The notes under the pieces are model-generated. The model made no database searches. It saw only the letters and a program-made list of their open reading frames with translations, and was not told the origin of the DNA. From NCBI RefSeq assembly GCF_009914755.1, contig NC_060941.1: 64,000 nt of DNA. One strand, 5' to 3'. Positions 16,701-40,968 of this stretch are shown one piece after another. Numbering within the stretch: position 1 is the stretch's first letter; each line of letters begins with the position of its first letter. This DNA is from the human T2T-CHM13v2.0 reference genome, Homo sapiens. A program made the position numbers and the translations under genes.

Positions 16701-17584
16701 ATATTTTTGAAAGACAGCTTTGTCGTATATAGGAATCTTTATTTTTTTTCTTTGAGCACTTCAAATATGTTATCATTCATTGTTTCTGATGAGAGGTCAA
16801 CTGTTTCTATTATTGTGGTTCTTTTATAAGTGATGTTCTTTTGTAAGTGAGGTTCTCTTATAAGTTTTCCTCTAGCTGCTTTCAATATTTTCTCTGTTTT
16901 TGACTTACAGCATTTTTACCGTGGTGTATCTGTTTGTGGTTCTTTTTGTATTTATCCTACTTGGAATTCATTGAGTTTCTTGATTGTATAGGTTATTGCT
17001 TTAAAACAAAAATCTAGGAAGTTACTGGCCATCATTTGAATATTTTTTCTTCCTCTTTCTCATCTGCTTCCGGTACTCTCAGTATGCATATGTTAATGTG
17101 ATTAATGGTGTGCCACATTTTGCTGAGATTCTGTTTATTTTTCTTCATTCTTTTTTCTTTTTATTTTTCATTTGAATAATGTCTATTGAAGTATATTTGT
17201 CTCACTAAATTTTTCTTCTGCCAGTTCAAATATAGTGTTGAACCTTCTCTAGTGAATTTTAAATTTTAGTTATTCTACCTTTCAACTCCGGAATTTCCAT
17301 TGTATTATATTTTATAATTTCTATGCCTTTATTGATATTCTCTATTTGGAGTAATATTGTTATGATACTTTCCTTTCCTTTTTTAATCACGCTTTTCTTT
17401 AATTCTGTGGACATATTTATAATGGTTACTCCAAAGTCTTTTTCTGTTAAATCTGATAACTGTTTGCTCTCACTTGCAGTTTCCCTTGTCTACTTCCCCC
17501 GTGATACCCCATCCTATCATAACCACAGAAAGTATGGTTCATACTTCCTTGTTTCTTTTCATGCTTCATATATATATGTGTGTC

Positions 17585-17615
17585 TGTATATATGTATATA
17601 TGTGTATGTGTATAT

Positions 17616-17646
<31 letters not shown>

Positions 17647-17661
17647 TATATATATGTATAT
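17585..17661. repeat. Alternating purine-pyrimidine (TA/TG/CA/CG) microsatellite
   Basis: 77 bp of unbroken alternation with a CGCGCG core. Confidence 0.9.
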
Positions 17662-17955
17662 TTTTTTTTTTTTTGAGGTGGAGTCTCACTTTGTTGCCCA
17701 GGCTGGAGTTCAGTGGCGTGATCTCGGCTCACTGCAACCTCTGCCTCCTGGGTTCAAGTGATTCCCTGCCTCAGCCTCCCGAGTAGCTGGGATTACAGGC
17801 ATCCACCACCATGCCTGGCTAATTTTTGTATTTTTAGTAGAGACGGGGTTTTGCCATATTGGCCAGGCTGGTCTCGAACTCCTGACCTAGGGTGATCTGC
17901 CCGCCTCAGCATCCCAAAGTGCTGGGATTACAGACATAAGCTACCATGTCCGGCC
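17661..17955 (-). mobile_element. AluSx-like SINE
   Basis: Antisense Alu dimer. Confidence 0.9.
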
Positions 17956-18101
17956 TGTATATATATATTTTTTGGTTGGAAACTGGACTTTTCAGATACT
18001 GTATTGTAGGAACTCTGGGTATTGGCTTCCCACTTCTGGAGCCTCTTGTTCTTATTTGTTTAGTGACTGCATAGATTATTTTAATGAAGTTGATTTCCCC
18101 C

Positions 18102-18528
18102 TGTCTTGGTTCATTTGTCTTGCTATAAAGGAATACCTGAGGCTGGATAATTTATAAAGAAAAAAGGTTTATTGGGCTCATGGTTTTGTAGGCTGTACAA
18201 GAAGCATGGCATCACTATCTGCTTCTGGCGAGGGCTTCAGGCTGCTTCCACTCATTGCATAAAGGGAAGGGGAACCAGTGAGATCACATGGTGAGAGAGG
18301 AAGCGAGAGATGGGGGAAAGTGCCAGGCTGTTTTTAATAACCAGTTGTTGTGGGAACTAAGAGTAAGAACTCACTCATTCCTGCAAGAATGGCACCAAAC
18401 CATTCAGGAGGGATATGCCACCCCCATGACTCAGACACCTTCCAATAAGGCCCCACCTCCAGTACTGGGGAACAAATTTCAACATGAGACTCGGTGGGGC
18501 CAAACAAACCATATCCAAACCATTAACA
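18102..18528 (-). mobile_element. MSTB-like MaLR solo LTR
   Basis: tgtcttggttcatttg...gctataaaggaatacctgaggctgg...atatccaaaccattaaca, about 427 bp. Confidence 0.85.
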
Positions 18529-18787
18529 CCCTAACAGGGTTAAACCCCTTATGTTGCTCCTCAAGGAGGTACAGCTTTGGGTGTGCTTATTGTCAGCCTC
18601 AAATGACAGTGATATTGATAGGGCTCTCTTCCTAAACAGTTAGCAAATTTAACAGCTGTTGAACTCCACTAATTGTTAGCTGGTTGCTCTATTTAACAAT
18701 GCCATGGAGCATAAAAATTGCTCTAAATACTAATACAATTAAATTCTGGCTCCTTTAAATAGTTTCTAAAGTAAGCGTTTGATATTC

Positions 18788-27660
<8,873 letters not shown>

Positions 27661-27740
27661 TCTGTCCCTGGAGCTCAAGTCCACAACTTGCTTTTCGTTT
27701 GTTTTTAAATAATTAGTTTTGTTTTTAAATGAAACTGAGT

Positions 27741-27788
27741 TTTCTTTGGAGAGGCCAAGCAAGTTTCTTTGGAGAGGCCAAGCAAGTT
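27741..27788. repeat. 23-bp tandem duplication
   Basis: tttctttggagaggccaagcaag occurs twice. Confidence 0.9.
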
Positions 27789-30700
27789 GTCTGGTGGAGC
27801 GTCTCATGGTCAGAAGCTGTCCAGTTCTTCCCTTGTGATTAGCTTCAAACAGTTTTGGCGAGAAGCTGTGTGGGCGATGCTGTGTAGCTCCCACATCACA
27901 AGGAGGCACATAGTGTTGTGGGGCCTGGCTGGGGGTCACAGGAAGCTTGATCACATCTTCCTTCCTGTATCTAATAAATTATCTGTGGTGTGAAACTCTG
28001 AGATCATGTGAGCATCCTCTTCCCAAGCAGCCTTTTACTCAGTGGTTTTAGCATGTCTAGGTGAATATATTAAGGTTTACAAAATGATAATTTTTCTAAT
28101 TCTCTCATTTCCTTTACATTTATTAGCTGGTATTCTTCCATGAAGAAGAGCTTTATCCAAAGCCACATCCTTTTGTTCTCTTTTTAGTACCAATATGTAT
28201 TTTAATTCATGTTTTATAATTCATTACTGTCATGTTTTTCTTGAAATTGTTCCACGCGGGGCAAAGTGAGCTCCTTCTGGTTCACTCTTAGGTCCATTTA
28301 ACATGACTCTGTTAATCTTTGGGCAGTTCCTTGATTTCTGGGCAACATGGGATGTCCCAGACTCACCATTTTCATTTCATAGTCCACACCTAGAATCAGC
28401 TATTTCCCCAAGGAGCCCTGCTTCCTTTTAGTAAGGAATGGTATTTAGAAATGCAAATAAATTTCCAAGGGAGAAGAGTTTTCTAAGGGAAGATAAAGTA
28501 TTGAATTATAGTAGTTACTCGTAGTCACAACTGCTACTGTATTCTTGGTGACTTAGGCCCTCGTTTGAAGTTAGGGAGGTAGAGCTTCATGTGACAGTGA
28601 TTTGTGTGCCTGTGTCTCCTCTATCTGGCTGACTTTCTTGGGAGCCAGAAGAGTATCTTTTCAATTTTTATATTCACAGTATTTAGCACTGTTTCTGGAA
28701 CAGAGGAGGATTTAATAACTATTTGGACTTAAATTGTGCTAAACAGACTCCTAAGCTGTGCATCATAGAATCCAAGAATTTTTCTAATGTTCTGCCTGTG
28801 TGGAGAAGAGTAAGGATCTTCTCCACACAGTGGAGAACATTTCTCACAGTGGAAATGTTCATAGGCCCTGGGCAGATTATTCAGTGTTTCAGAACTTGTT
28901 TCTCTTGCTGAATGGGAAGCATTTTATTGGCTTCAGCATGCTAAAAAAAAGGCTATAACAAGATCTGAGGCTGTTCTTACGAGGTAGTGGTAAAGTATGG
29001 GTATGGGATTCAGTTTGAACATTTAGAGAAGGTGACTTTGTAATCTGTATATAGCTCACCCTGGAGGTGAATGGTACTGGTTTTCAGCCTCTACTTGGGA
29101 GATGTGTGTTTCTTCTTTTGCTGACTCTGCTACTATATAGTTTTATGACCTTTAAGTCAGTCAGTTGCTCAATTTCTTTTCCTTATTTTCATCTGGAAAA
29201 GAGCGTGATGGTGTTTTGAATTAAGATATAATAAGAAAAACATATAAAACCCTTGGATATGTAGCAATAAAATGAAAGAAGATGTATTATAAGCACAGAA
29301 CTTGGCCATTATGAGTAGCAACAAAGGAAGCCTAGTGTCAGGTCCTAGGGTTTGTTTTTATTTGAAGGAGCTGTATGTGGCATTTTAATAAGGGTTCCAA
29401 ATGAAAGGGTAGTTTCAGGCTGAGTCTAGCTTTGAGACTATAATGATAATGGGACTGTAAAGTTATATTAAAGTGGGTTTAGGCAGAAGGCACATGAAAA
29501 GTACATTTATTTATAACCGCATTTTGAGTGAAGGGATAGAACCTAAAAGGAAAGACTAAAATATTCAACATGGTATTTATCAAGTAAAGGGTGTGCTCAC
29601 GCACATGCGTGCATGTGTGCTGTGTGTGTTTATGATGAATAAGAACTCTTTTATTCCATCACCATTTGTTTAAACATGAAGTTTAAAGAAATGCTTTATT
29701 TCCTGAATTTTCTTTTTCCAAAAAGTAATTCTTGCTTGGGGTAAAAATTACAAGCAGTATAGATATATAACTTAGTAAAACATCTCAATATTCTGCTGAT
29801 AGTTTTGTTTCTGTTCTTTCAGATGTTTTCTGTGCACACACTAGATTTTTTTTTCCAGAAATTAGCTCATACTGACTATCATAAGCCCATCCTGCTGCTG
29901 CTTGAGTTTGTTTTCACGTAACACACAGCTTTTTATGTCCATCTGTGGACATCCATATCACTCTTTTTGATGGTTGAATGATGGGTACATACCCTCATGT
30001 ACCCAGTATCCTATTGAGACATATGGATTATTTCTTGTTTTTTGCTATTATAAACAATGCTGCAGTAAATACCATTTTGTGTGTGTATCTGCTGTCTCAT
30101 GTACTTTGGATTGATATCTAAGAGTGGAATTACTGAAACAAAAGTTGTGGATATTTATGTTTTGCCAGTTGTTCTAAAGAGTTGGTTAATTTGCAGGGCT
30201 GAGGATTCCTCATCTCAGATGACATAAGGTTCTTGTTATACTCTCTAAGTGCCCTGAGTTTCTCTCTCACATATGGTGGCTGTAATCAGTGGGCATTACA
30301 GGTGCCTTTGAGATGGTGTGACCCTTCCAGGGACATCTGTATCCCACAGAATGTCTAAGTTGGTACATCCTAGCTCTCAGCACGTTCCTCCTACTGAGCC
30401 CAGACTTGGCAGGGTTGGCCAGGTGTGTGCTTATAGTTTGTGGTTTGAGACTGTGGCAGTTTTTCCTGCTTTATCTGAGATGATGCTTTTCTACCCTGTT
30501 TATCAGTAGTGTTTTTTGGGCTGGGGGAGGTCACAGGTGAGGTGATGCAAAATAACTCCTACTCTTGTTTTCAACTGGAAACTAATTTATATCTTATTTT
30601 GTTGTATCTGGCTTTTCCTCCCCCTCTGTTAATTGGAAGATATGCTTATCTTTCTCAGTTTATCGACTTGAGAAAGAAATCTTTTGGTTATACCTTTCTA

Positions 30701-31099
30701 AAAAAAAAAAAACCATTAGCATAGTAATATTACTTCACACTTCCTGTACCTTAATCTCCAGTTTTTGTGACGCTTTGAGAATTCTTTTTTAAAAATTTAA
30801 GTTTTAATTTTTTTAGAGACAGTTTCTTGCCGTGTTGCCTAGGCTGAGTCTTGAACTCTGGTCTCAAGTGATCCTTCCACCTCAGCCTCCTGAGTAGCTG
30901 GGATTGCAGATTTGAGCCACAGTGCCTGGCAGAGTTTTTGTTATTATTATCAAATTAATATTATTTTTACATTATTAATTTTTTCTTTCTAGGCTTCTTA
31001 AAATTATATCTAATTTTCTATCCATAGTTAACCCAGACCATGAGATTTAATTCTATTTAGATTTAATTCTGTGCCTAACTGGAACTGGTACTACTGCTA

Positions 31100-31730
31100 G
31101 TTCATTCATTGATAACATTGAATACTCTGAACTATGCCCTGTTCTATGTCCTAGGGATAAAGAAATGAATAAATAGACAGAAATCCCTGCCCCTCTGGAG
31201 TTTATGTACTAGAGGGGGTGGCAAACAATGTAATAAATGAGTAAGTCTTAGAATACGTTAGAAGAGAACAAGTGCTAAATTGTAAGAATAAAAGTGGAAT
31301 AGGGTGAGTGAGGTCCATGGGGTCAAGGGGAGTATGTAGAATTTAAATAGGGTAGTCAGGGAGGGCCCCATTGAGATGCTGACATTTGAGCAATGACCTA
31401 GAGTAGGTAAGGGAGTTAACTCACTGCAGGTGGAGGAGGCGGCCAGAGCCAAGACTCAAGGAGTCGCCTTCCTGATGTACAGGAGGGGCAGTGAGGAGGC
31501 CAGGGCTGCTAGGGTATGCAGGAGACACGTCACAAGGATCCGGAGGGCACGTGGGGTGGGGGTTGGGAAGGGCTTTGTAGACCAGTGCGCACTGGAGGGC
31601 TCTGACTTGGGTGTTGATGTGGTCACTCTGCTATGCTGAGAGCAGACTCCAGGGGACAAGACTGGGAGGAGGGAAAGGTGCTGACTATTGCAGGAAAGCC
31701 GGGCGAGAGATGTTGGTAGATGGGACCAGG
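31100..31730 (+). mobile_element. L2 fragment
   Basis: ttcattcatt...atccctgcccctctggagttta...gacatttgagcaatgaccta. Confidence 0.7.
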
Positions 31731-32124
31731 CTGATTTGAAGCTATGAAGTTCCCATTAATGAGCACATTAAGTACATTTAACTTTCAGTGGGCTGGATTA
31801 GGACTACATTTTTCTTAAGGATTCTTGAGTATGAGAATGCTTGTGTTCTTTCATGTTGTAAATGCTTGTGTTCTTTCATGTCTTTCATGGCTTTTGCAGC
31901 CTTTAAATAATGCGTGACATTCTAACTTGGTAAAGATGTGTTGGGTCACTTTCTCTCCCTTCTGGCTCAGTAGGCAGCATTCTTTTGTCTTCAGACTCCA
32001 GTGTTCTGGAGAAGACTGCAGATGGTCTGCCTTTTTCCGCATTATGGGTCACCCACTTCTTTCTCTGTGTTGGTAGAATCACCAGCCTTGCTAGATGTGT
32101 CTTGTGCTGGTTGGACTCTACTGA

Positions 32125-33594
<1,470 letters not shown>

Positions 33595-34479
33595 ATTCCC
33601 AGACATATCGCTTAAAAATTATCTTTTGTGAAAAATAATATATTACAGTATATAAAATTCAACATGTTTAACGGGGAAGGAGGGAAAAGAAGATTATCTT
33701 CTGCCCCTGTCCCTTAGCTCCCAGTTCCCAGCCCCAGGAAGCACAACCATATAGAACACATTCCTAGAGTGGAATTGCTTTGTCAAAGGATATATGCACT
33801 TGTACATTTGATAGACGCTGCCAGATTGCTTTCCATAGAAGCCATCAGTATATATATGCTATCAGCAAAAAATGAGAGTGCCAGTCTCCTCACATTCTCA
33901 CCAACATGATGATGTTTGAAGTTTTTCAAATTTTTGCCATTCTAATAGGTAAAATAGATTTGAAAGTTTTATTTTGCATTTCCTGTTAATACAGGTGGTT
34001 GAGGAGCCAGGTGCGGTGGGGCACACCTGTAGTCCTGGTACTATCATTTGAGCCCAGGAGTTTGAGCCTAACCTGGGCAACATCGTGAGACCCTGTCTCT
34101 CAAAAAATAAATAAGTAAAAGTCAGTCTGAGCATCTTATGTGCCGAAGAGCCATTTGTATTCTCTGTGAACTACCTGTTCATTACCTGTCACATTTTTAT
34201 TTTGGGTTAGTGGTGGTTTTTTTGTTGGGTTTATATAGGTACTCTTTATGTGTAGGAAAATTAACTCTGTCTGGATATGAGTCAAGTTTTGTTTTCCCAG
34301 TTCATTCAGCTATGATTATTTAGCTGTGTTTGTGCTATGTTTTAGGCATGTAGAAAGATTTGGTTTGTATGTAGGTGATTTTCTCTTTTATAACTTCAGG
34401 GTTTTTATATTATAGGCATTCCCCATCCTAAGAGTCCGAGGATTCTACGGTGTTTTCTTCTGCTAATTATACTATTTTC

Positions 34480-34802
34480 ATTTTTTTCTTTTCTTTCTTT
34501 ATTTTTATTTATTTATTAATTTTTTTGAGTTGAAGTTTTGCTCTTGTTGCCCAGGCTGGAGTGCAATATCTCAGCTCACCGCAACCTGTGCCTCCCAGAT
34601 TAAAGCTATTCTCCTGCCTCAGCCTCCCAAGTAGCTGGGATTACAGGCATGTGCCACCATGCCTGGCTAATTTTGTATTTTTAGTAGAGATGGGGTTTCT
34701 CCATGTTGCTCAGGCTGGTCTCGAACTCCCGACCTCAGGTGATCTGCCCACCTTGGCCTCCCAAAGTGCTGGGATTACAGGTGTGAGCCACCGCCCCTGG
34801 CC
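34480..34802 (-). mobile_element. AluSp-like SINE
   Basis: Antisense Alu dimer. Confidence 0.88.
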
Positions 34803-34833
34803 AATTTTTTTCTTTTAAATATTTGGTGCTCCT

Positions 34834-34920
34834 CACCAACATGGCACATGTATACCTATGTAATAAACCTGCATGTTGTGCACACGTACCCTAGAACTTA
34901 AAAGTATAATTAAAATAAAT
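34834..34920 (+). mobile_element. Severely 5'-truncated L1PA 3' end (about 87 bp)
   Basis: caccaacatggcacatgtatac...ccctagaacttaaaagtataat; perfect TSD AAATATTTGGTGCTCCT (34817-34833, 34921-34937). Confidence 0.93.
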
Positions 34921-35733
34921 AAATATTTGGTGCTCCTTCAGTTACTCCTGGTGTTAGGAGTAAGGTAGGGTGCCCAACTGTGTTTTTCCTGATGCCTATC
35001 CTGCTGTCTGAACACCATTTGTTGGTTCCTTTGGAATACTAGATTTATCGTATATTAAATTCCTGTATATGTTTGAACCTAATTCTTGGTCTAGTCCATG
35101 TCTGTTTGTCTATTCATGTACCAATATCAAACCTTTTAAAATTTAGGCTTAAAATATTTTTTAAAATGCAAATTCAATAAAATCATTTTGGAGAGAAGTC
35201 TTATTGGAATATTTCAGTAGTTCCTTCACAGTAAGATGTTGTAGATCATTCTTCTGAGCACAATCTGCTATTCATTGTTAGGGCATGTGTTTAGTTACCT
35301 ACTTTGAATTGATTTTGCTGAAAGAAGTAAGGATTCTTGGGTGGTCTTTCTATATTCTCCTACCCTGGCTCCTTGGTAATGTGGAAAATGAATTTTCAGG
35401 TAAAATTGTCAGAGGACAGTAGGATGGTTTTTGTTCTGGAGTATATTAACATGAACTGGCCCAACTTAGGCTCACATTTGATAACTTCATGTTAGTAAGC
35501 ATCCTCCTTTGGTTAAATAAACTGGCTGTGGATATTCTCCAGGGAAAAAGTTACTAGTAACTCTTAGAAAACTAATGCATACATGAGCTGGTAAAGAGGA
35601 ACTTCTTAAAGCACAATTTTAGAGTTATAGAAGCATATATTTGTTGTTATGATCTTGCAAGTTTGCTAACTGCTTTACTGAAAATAGCGTGCATGGAAAA
35701 ACATAGCATAGTAGGTCCCAAATAAGCACTTGG

Positions 35734-35762
35734 TTCTTTCTTTCTTTCTTTCTTTTTCTTTT

Positions 35763-35818
<56 letters not shown>

Positions 35819-36186
35819 TCCTTCTTTCCTTCTTTCCTTCTTTCCTTCTTTCCTTCTTTCCTTCTTTCCTTCTTTCCTTCTTTCCTTCTTTCTTTCCCTC
35901 TCCTTCAGACAGAGTCTTGCTTTGTTACTCAGGCTGGAGTGCAGTGGTGCAATCTTGGCCCACTGCAACCTCTGCCTCCTGGGTTCAAGCAATTCTCCTG
36001 ACTCAGCCTCCTGAGTAGCTGGGGTTACAGGGACCTGCCACCATGCCTGGATAATTTCTGTATTTTTAGTAGAGACAGGTTTCACCATGTTGGCCAGGCT
36101 GGTCTTGAACTCTTGACCTCAAGTGATCTGCCTGCCTCGGCCTCCCAGAGTGCTAGGATTACAGGTGTGAGCCACTGTGCCCAGCT
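35734..36186 (-). mobile_element. AluS whose tail has expanded into a 173-bp (TTTC)n/(TTCC)n tract (35734-35906)
   Basis: Antisense Alu; TSD agcacttggtt. Confidence 0.92.
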
Positions 36187-36549
36187 AGCACTTGGTTATT
36201 TCTTTAAAAAATCAAATTTAAATTCTGTCCTGAATTTGTTATATGCTTTCTTTTAAAATGTATGTTTAGGTAAACATCTGTTTTAGGGCTTTTTCTTCCT
36301 TTGAATTTTTTTCCTTTATTTGTTCATTCAACAAATATTAATTACTTGCTCTGTGCTAGACAGCGTTTTAGGTACTGATATTCAGCAGACAAGGATCTTG
36401 CTTTTATTGAGTTTATAATCTAGTGGGGGAGATCAGCAATAAATAAGTTGTCAGGATGTGATTAGTTTTATGGAGAAAATCAAGTAGGGTGGGGTGAAAG
36501 TGACTCACTTTGGGGGCAGCATCCAGTAGCATTAGTTACCTTTTATTAG

Positions 36550-36800
36550 AAAGGCAGCATGGGAAAATAGAAGCATGGACTTCAGAGTTTGATACGTTCC
36601 TGTACAAATCTCAGATTTTCTACATGCAGGTTGTGTGGCCCTGAGCAAATTACCTAACCTCTCTGACCCCCATTTCCCCAACTGTCCAAAGGGGAGAGAA
36701 GAATACCTGACTCATAGTGGGTTATTAAGGATTAAATGTGACAACTTCAACAAAAAAACCCTAGAAGAATGTTTGACCTGTAATAGTCACTTTATAAATA
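36550..36800 (+). mobile_element. MIR SINE
   Basis: tgtgtggccctgagcaaattacctaacctctctg core. Confidence 0.7.
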
Positions 36801-38111
36801 GCAGCTAAAATATTATCACTTCATCACTTTATTCATTAAAAGTTTTTAAGAAGTTTCTCCATTATTTCATTAGTTTCAATATCATGTGCCTAGTAAGATG
36901 GTAGGTTTTAACAAAAGCACCCTTAAATAGCCATTTGTGCCAAATGTCACCATAGTGACTGCTAAAATGGGGGAACCGCAGGTATTACTGTATTCATTTC
37001 CATGAATTGTCATAGTTTAATGTTCATCTACAGTTGGTCATGTTTTGTTGAGGTCCTAACAGAAAAGGAACTACATTTGTATTGAACATTGTATTAGAAC
37101 AAATTTTAATACCTCTGAAAGGTCATACATCAAAGAATCTAGACCAAAAACCAGAGTTCTAGCTCAGAAACACCAGCACTACCACTGTTTTATCTGTCCC
37201 ACATTGAGGAATATGACAGACTCTGGTTCAAAGATACCTTAACGCCTTATCCATACTACTAGAGGCCCAGGCTGAGATTCTCCTAGACCACAGTCTGGGA
37301 GCAGTGACATCTCCAAGATACCAAGTCTGTCAGGGTCACTGATGGAGATTTCCATAGAGGAGGTTCTCAGGCCTAACTGAAGGCATCACTTCTTAGATAC
37401 GTGGCCCAATCAAACACTATCCAAGGAAGGAGCATGGACTCTAGAGAGGTTTGGGAACAGGGTAGCAGATATGCCAGAATGCTGAAACCTGGAACAGGCC
37501 AGGAAGACAAAACAGCAGTCTGCATGTAGCAAAAAGAGAAGGTAGGAAGGTACAGGTAACAACAAAATGGATTTGAGGTGAGAATCTCAATGTGAGGTCA
37601 CATCTATATTCCTAACACACACAGTTTGTTACCTATGCGTTTGCCCTAGAGACAGGACCACACTAAATAGCACCCATTCTTTCTTATTTTCCTTATCCCT
37701 CAAACAAAGAAGTGTCCCTCTCTTGGCCCCAAGTCAATGGGTAAGGGATTCTGCCAAGACCTTTGTCAACTATCCCCTATCATTTATGTTTTTTACCTCT
37801 CCCTGTCTACTGATTTATTCTCCCTCTACCTCAAAACATGCTTATATGGTTCCTTTCTTTAAAAAAGAATTCCACCGAAATTTCCTACTCTGACCTCTAA
37901 CTCAATAGTTAAAGTTCCTTTCATGGCTCACTTTTCAGGGGGAATCTGACTCCACTTCTTTTACCTTTCAATTCCTCCTTAATTCTGTGATCTTCCTCTA
38001 TTCTTGCTAAAGTCATGACCATCTATGGGTATGTTCATTGCCTGTTGGACATTTGAATGTCTCAGGCATTTCAAGTTCAGCATTAATTGAACCCCCTATC
38101 CACTTCCACAG

Positions 38112-38640
38112 TGTGATGATTTTTAAATATATCCACAAATTCTTTGACACTTCTTATTTCAAGAGGTGGAGCTTAGTTCCCTTTCTAACTAATGGAATAA
38201 GGCAGAAGTGAGAGTGTTAGGAGTAGGTCCATAGTGTTAGGAGTAGGAGTAGGAAGAACACTGTGGCTTCCTCCTTGCTCTCTCTCTCAGATCACTCGTG
38301 CTGAGAGAAGCCAACTGCCAGATGGGGAGGATGTTCCAGCAATGCTATAGAGAGGCTCACTTGGCAATGAATTGAGATCTCCTGCCAACAACCAGCACTG
38401 CCTTGTCAGGCAGGTGAGTGAACTCCTTGGAAGTGGACCCTCCGGCCCCAGTTGAGCCTTCAGATGATGCAACCCCAGCTGACATCTTGATTGCAACCTC
38501 TTGAGAAACTCTGAGCCAGAACCAGCCAGCTAAGCCTATCTTAGATTCCTGGCCCACAGAAACTGGGAGATAAGCCTTTGTGTTTTAAGCTGCTAAATGG
38601 TTGTCAGTGATTGGCTACACACCAGTATATAACCAATACA
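38112..38640 (+). mobile_element. MLT1F-like MaLR LTR within L2 fragments
   Basis: ccacaaattctttgacact...gagccttcagatga...cttgattgcaacctc...aaccaataca. Confidence 0.75.
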
Positions 38641-39609
38641 CACGGCAAACCTTCCGTATTCCCAGTCGTAGGGAAAGCAAGGAAACAGCTCCTTCCTCTC
38701 CAAGATACAACTGGTGATCAAGTCCTGTTATTTTCATCTAGGTATCTGTTGATTCAGCCTGTTCTGATTTTTCTAGTCACTCTGTCAGTTTATTATTTAT
38801 CTTCTAGACTGTTTCAGTTGCCTCTTAACAAGTTTCTTGCCTCCAGCTTCACTCTCTTTTAATCTATTCCCCATACTGCCATAAAAAATCATTCTAAAAT
38901 GTGAATTTGAGCATCTTTCTTCTTTGATTGAATTGTCCCCATTGACTAGAGTTAATCAAGCCCAGTCATCTTAAGCAATGCAGGCAAAGCTGTTTGAGGT
39001 TTCATCCCACCATGCTTTCCAGCTCCTGTCTCTCCTGCAGCAGGGTGTTCAGCCATCAAAAATAGCCGGTGGGTCCCAGAATCTCCCACGGCTTTTCTTC
39101 TTTCTGTGATTTGGTGTGTGCAGTTCTCTCTAGTTTTGGAAGGCTTTCACCAACTGTTTGACGCTTTCTCTATTTTCTGAAAGTTAGGCATTCCTCCTTT
39201 CTTCTGCAGTCCCCAGGGGATACCTGTGTAATTGCTGTGATCACATCACTGTCATTGTTTGTCTCTCAATGTCTGTTTTTCAGTTAGACCAAGAATCCCA
39301 CTAGATGAGGGTCGATGCTCTGTTCATCTCTTTTTTGTTGTTGTTCTTGCGTATCTGATCTTTTAAAATGTTTGATATTCTTTTTCTTTTTTTGGGGGGG
39401 GTGGTGTCTTGCTCTGTCATCTGGGCTGGAGTACAGTGGTGCAATCACGGCTCACTGCAGCCTTGACCTCCTGGGCTCAAGCAAGCCTCCCACCTCAGCC
39501 TCCCTAGGAGTGCACCTCCACAGCTGGCTAATTTTTGTATTTTCTGTAGAGACAGGGTTTCACCATGTTACCCAGGCTAGTCTCGAACTCCTGGGCTTGA
39601 TATTCTTTT

Positions 39610-40230
39610 TTTATTTTACTGTGGTAAGAACACTTAACCACATTTGTGGATCTACTACATTTGTTAATCTACCCTTAACAAATTTTTAAGTGTACAATAC
39701 ATTATTGTTGACTCTAGGTACAGTGTTGTACAGCTGATCTTGAGAGCTTATTCATCTTACTTAACTGCAACGTTATGTTCGTTGATTAGTAACTCCTCGT
39801 TTCCCGCCCTGCAGCTCCAGGTAACCTCCATTGTACTCTTTGATTCTATGAATTTGTCTATTTTTGGTATCTCATATAAGTGGAGTCGTGCAGTATTTGT
39901 CTTTCTATGACTGCCTTATTTCATTAGCAAAATGTCCTCAAGATTCATCCATGCTGTTGCATGTTATAGAATTTCCTTTTTTTTTTTAGAGGCTGAATAG
40001 TACTCCATGGTATGTATATACCACATATTGTCTACCCCTTCATCCACTGATGGGCATTTAGTTGTTTCCACATCTTGGTTTTACTCTTTGAGGAACCTGC
40101 ATACTCTTTTCCACAGCAGCTGCTCCATTTTACATTCTCATAAACAGTGCACAAAAGTTCCAGTTTCTCTACATCCTCACCAATACTTGCTGTCTTTTGA
40201 TTTTTTGGTAATAGTCATCCTGACAATGTG
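39610..40230 (-). mobile_element. L1MA 3' end
   Basis: gtggtaagaacacttaac...aatttttaagtgtacaatac. Confidence 0.75.
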
Positions 40231-40968
40231 CGTTCTGTTCATTTTAAGTCTCTAGCAACTAATGGGATATTTGAACAGGGTGTCTGAAACTTTTAGTCTA
40301 GCAGATAGGGAATTTCACATTAGCAGAGTCAGAATATAAAAATGTAACTTTACCTCTCTATACATGATCATAACTTCACTCTCTAGCCATTGTTTTTCAC
40401 TAAAGGCAGTGAAGAGTCTTTGGGGATGAGGGTTCTGGCCCCGTCACTGATGCTTTCATTGGCCATGAAGGCTTTGCTGGTTGTTGGTGCCATCCATTTC
40501 TCTGTGTTCCCTTTTCTCTTTATGTTAGTCCCACTGGGCCCCCTCCGTTCTGACTGTGAGAGTTCTCCAGGCTTGCAGGCTTGTGCTCAGCTGTTTCAGT
40601 GCCTCTCTGGAGCATGCACCTTGGGAAGTGCTATGTGGGTCTCAGACCCACCCTCCTGGTGCAGGGGCCTGCTTAGGGCTGAGCCTCTTTAGGAGGACTG
40701 CACTCTGGGAAGAACCAATGATGTGTCTGGGATTTCTGTTAGCTAGATCTCTCATAAATTCCAAGTCTTAGTTTGGGATGGAAAGAGGTAGAGGATCTGG
40801 ACTTTTCAGAGACTTAGTAGCATCTTTAAAAGAAAAATACTTAGTTCTTCCAGTGGAAAGCTGTGGGTTCCAAGAGATATCTGCTGTGCATTTATGGGCC
40901 TATTTTAGAGCAGAATACCAAAATATTCACCATAATTTTAAAAATAAATATTAAATAATTAAAAAATT

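Noticed and set aside
35675-36088. Lys/Glu/Arg-rich 137-aa ORF
   Set aside because: Translation of an Alu plus a (GAAA)n microsatellite
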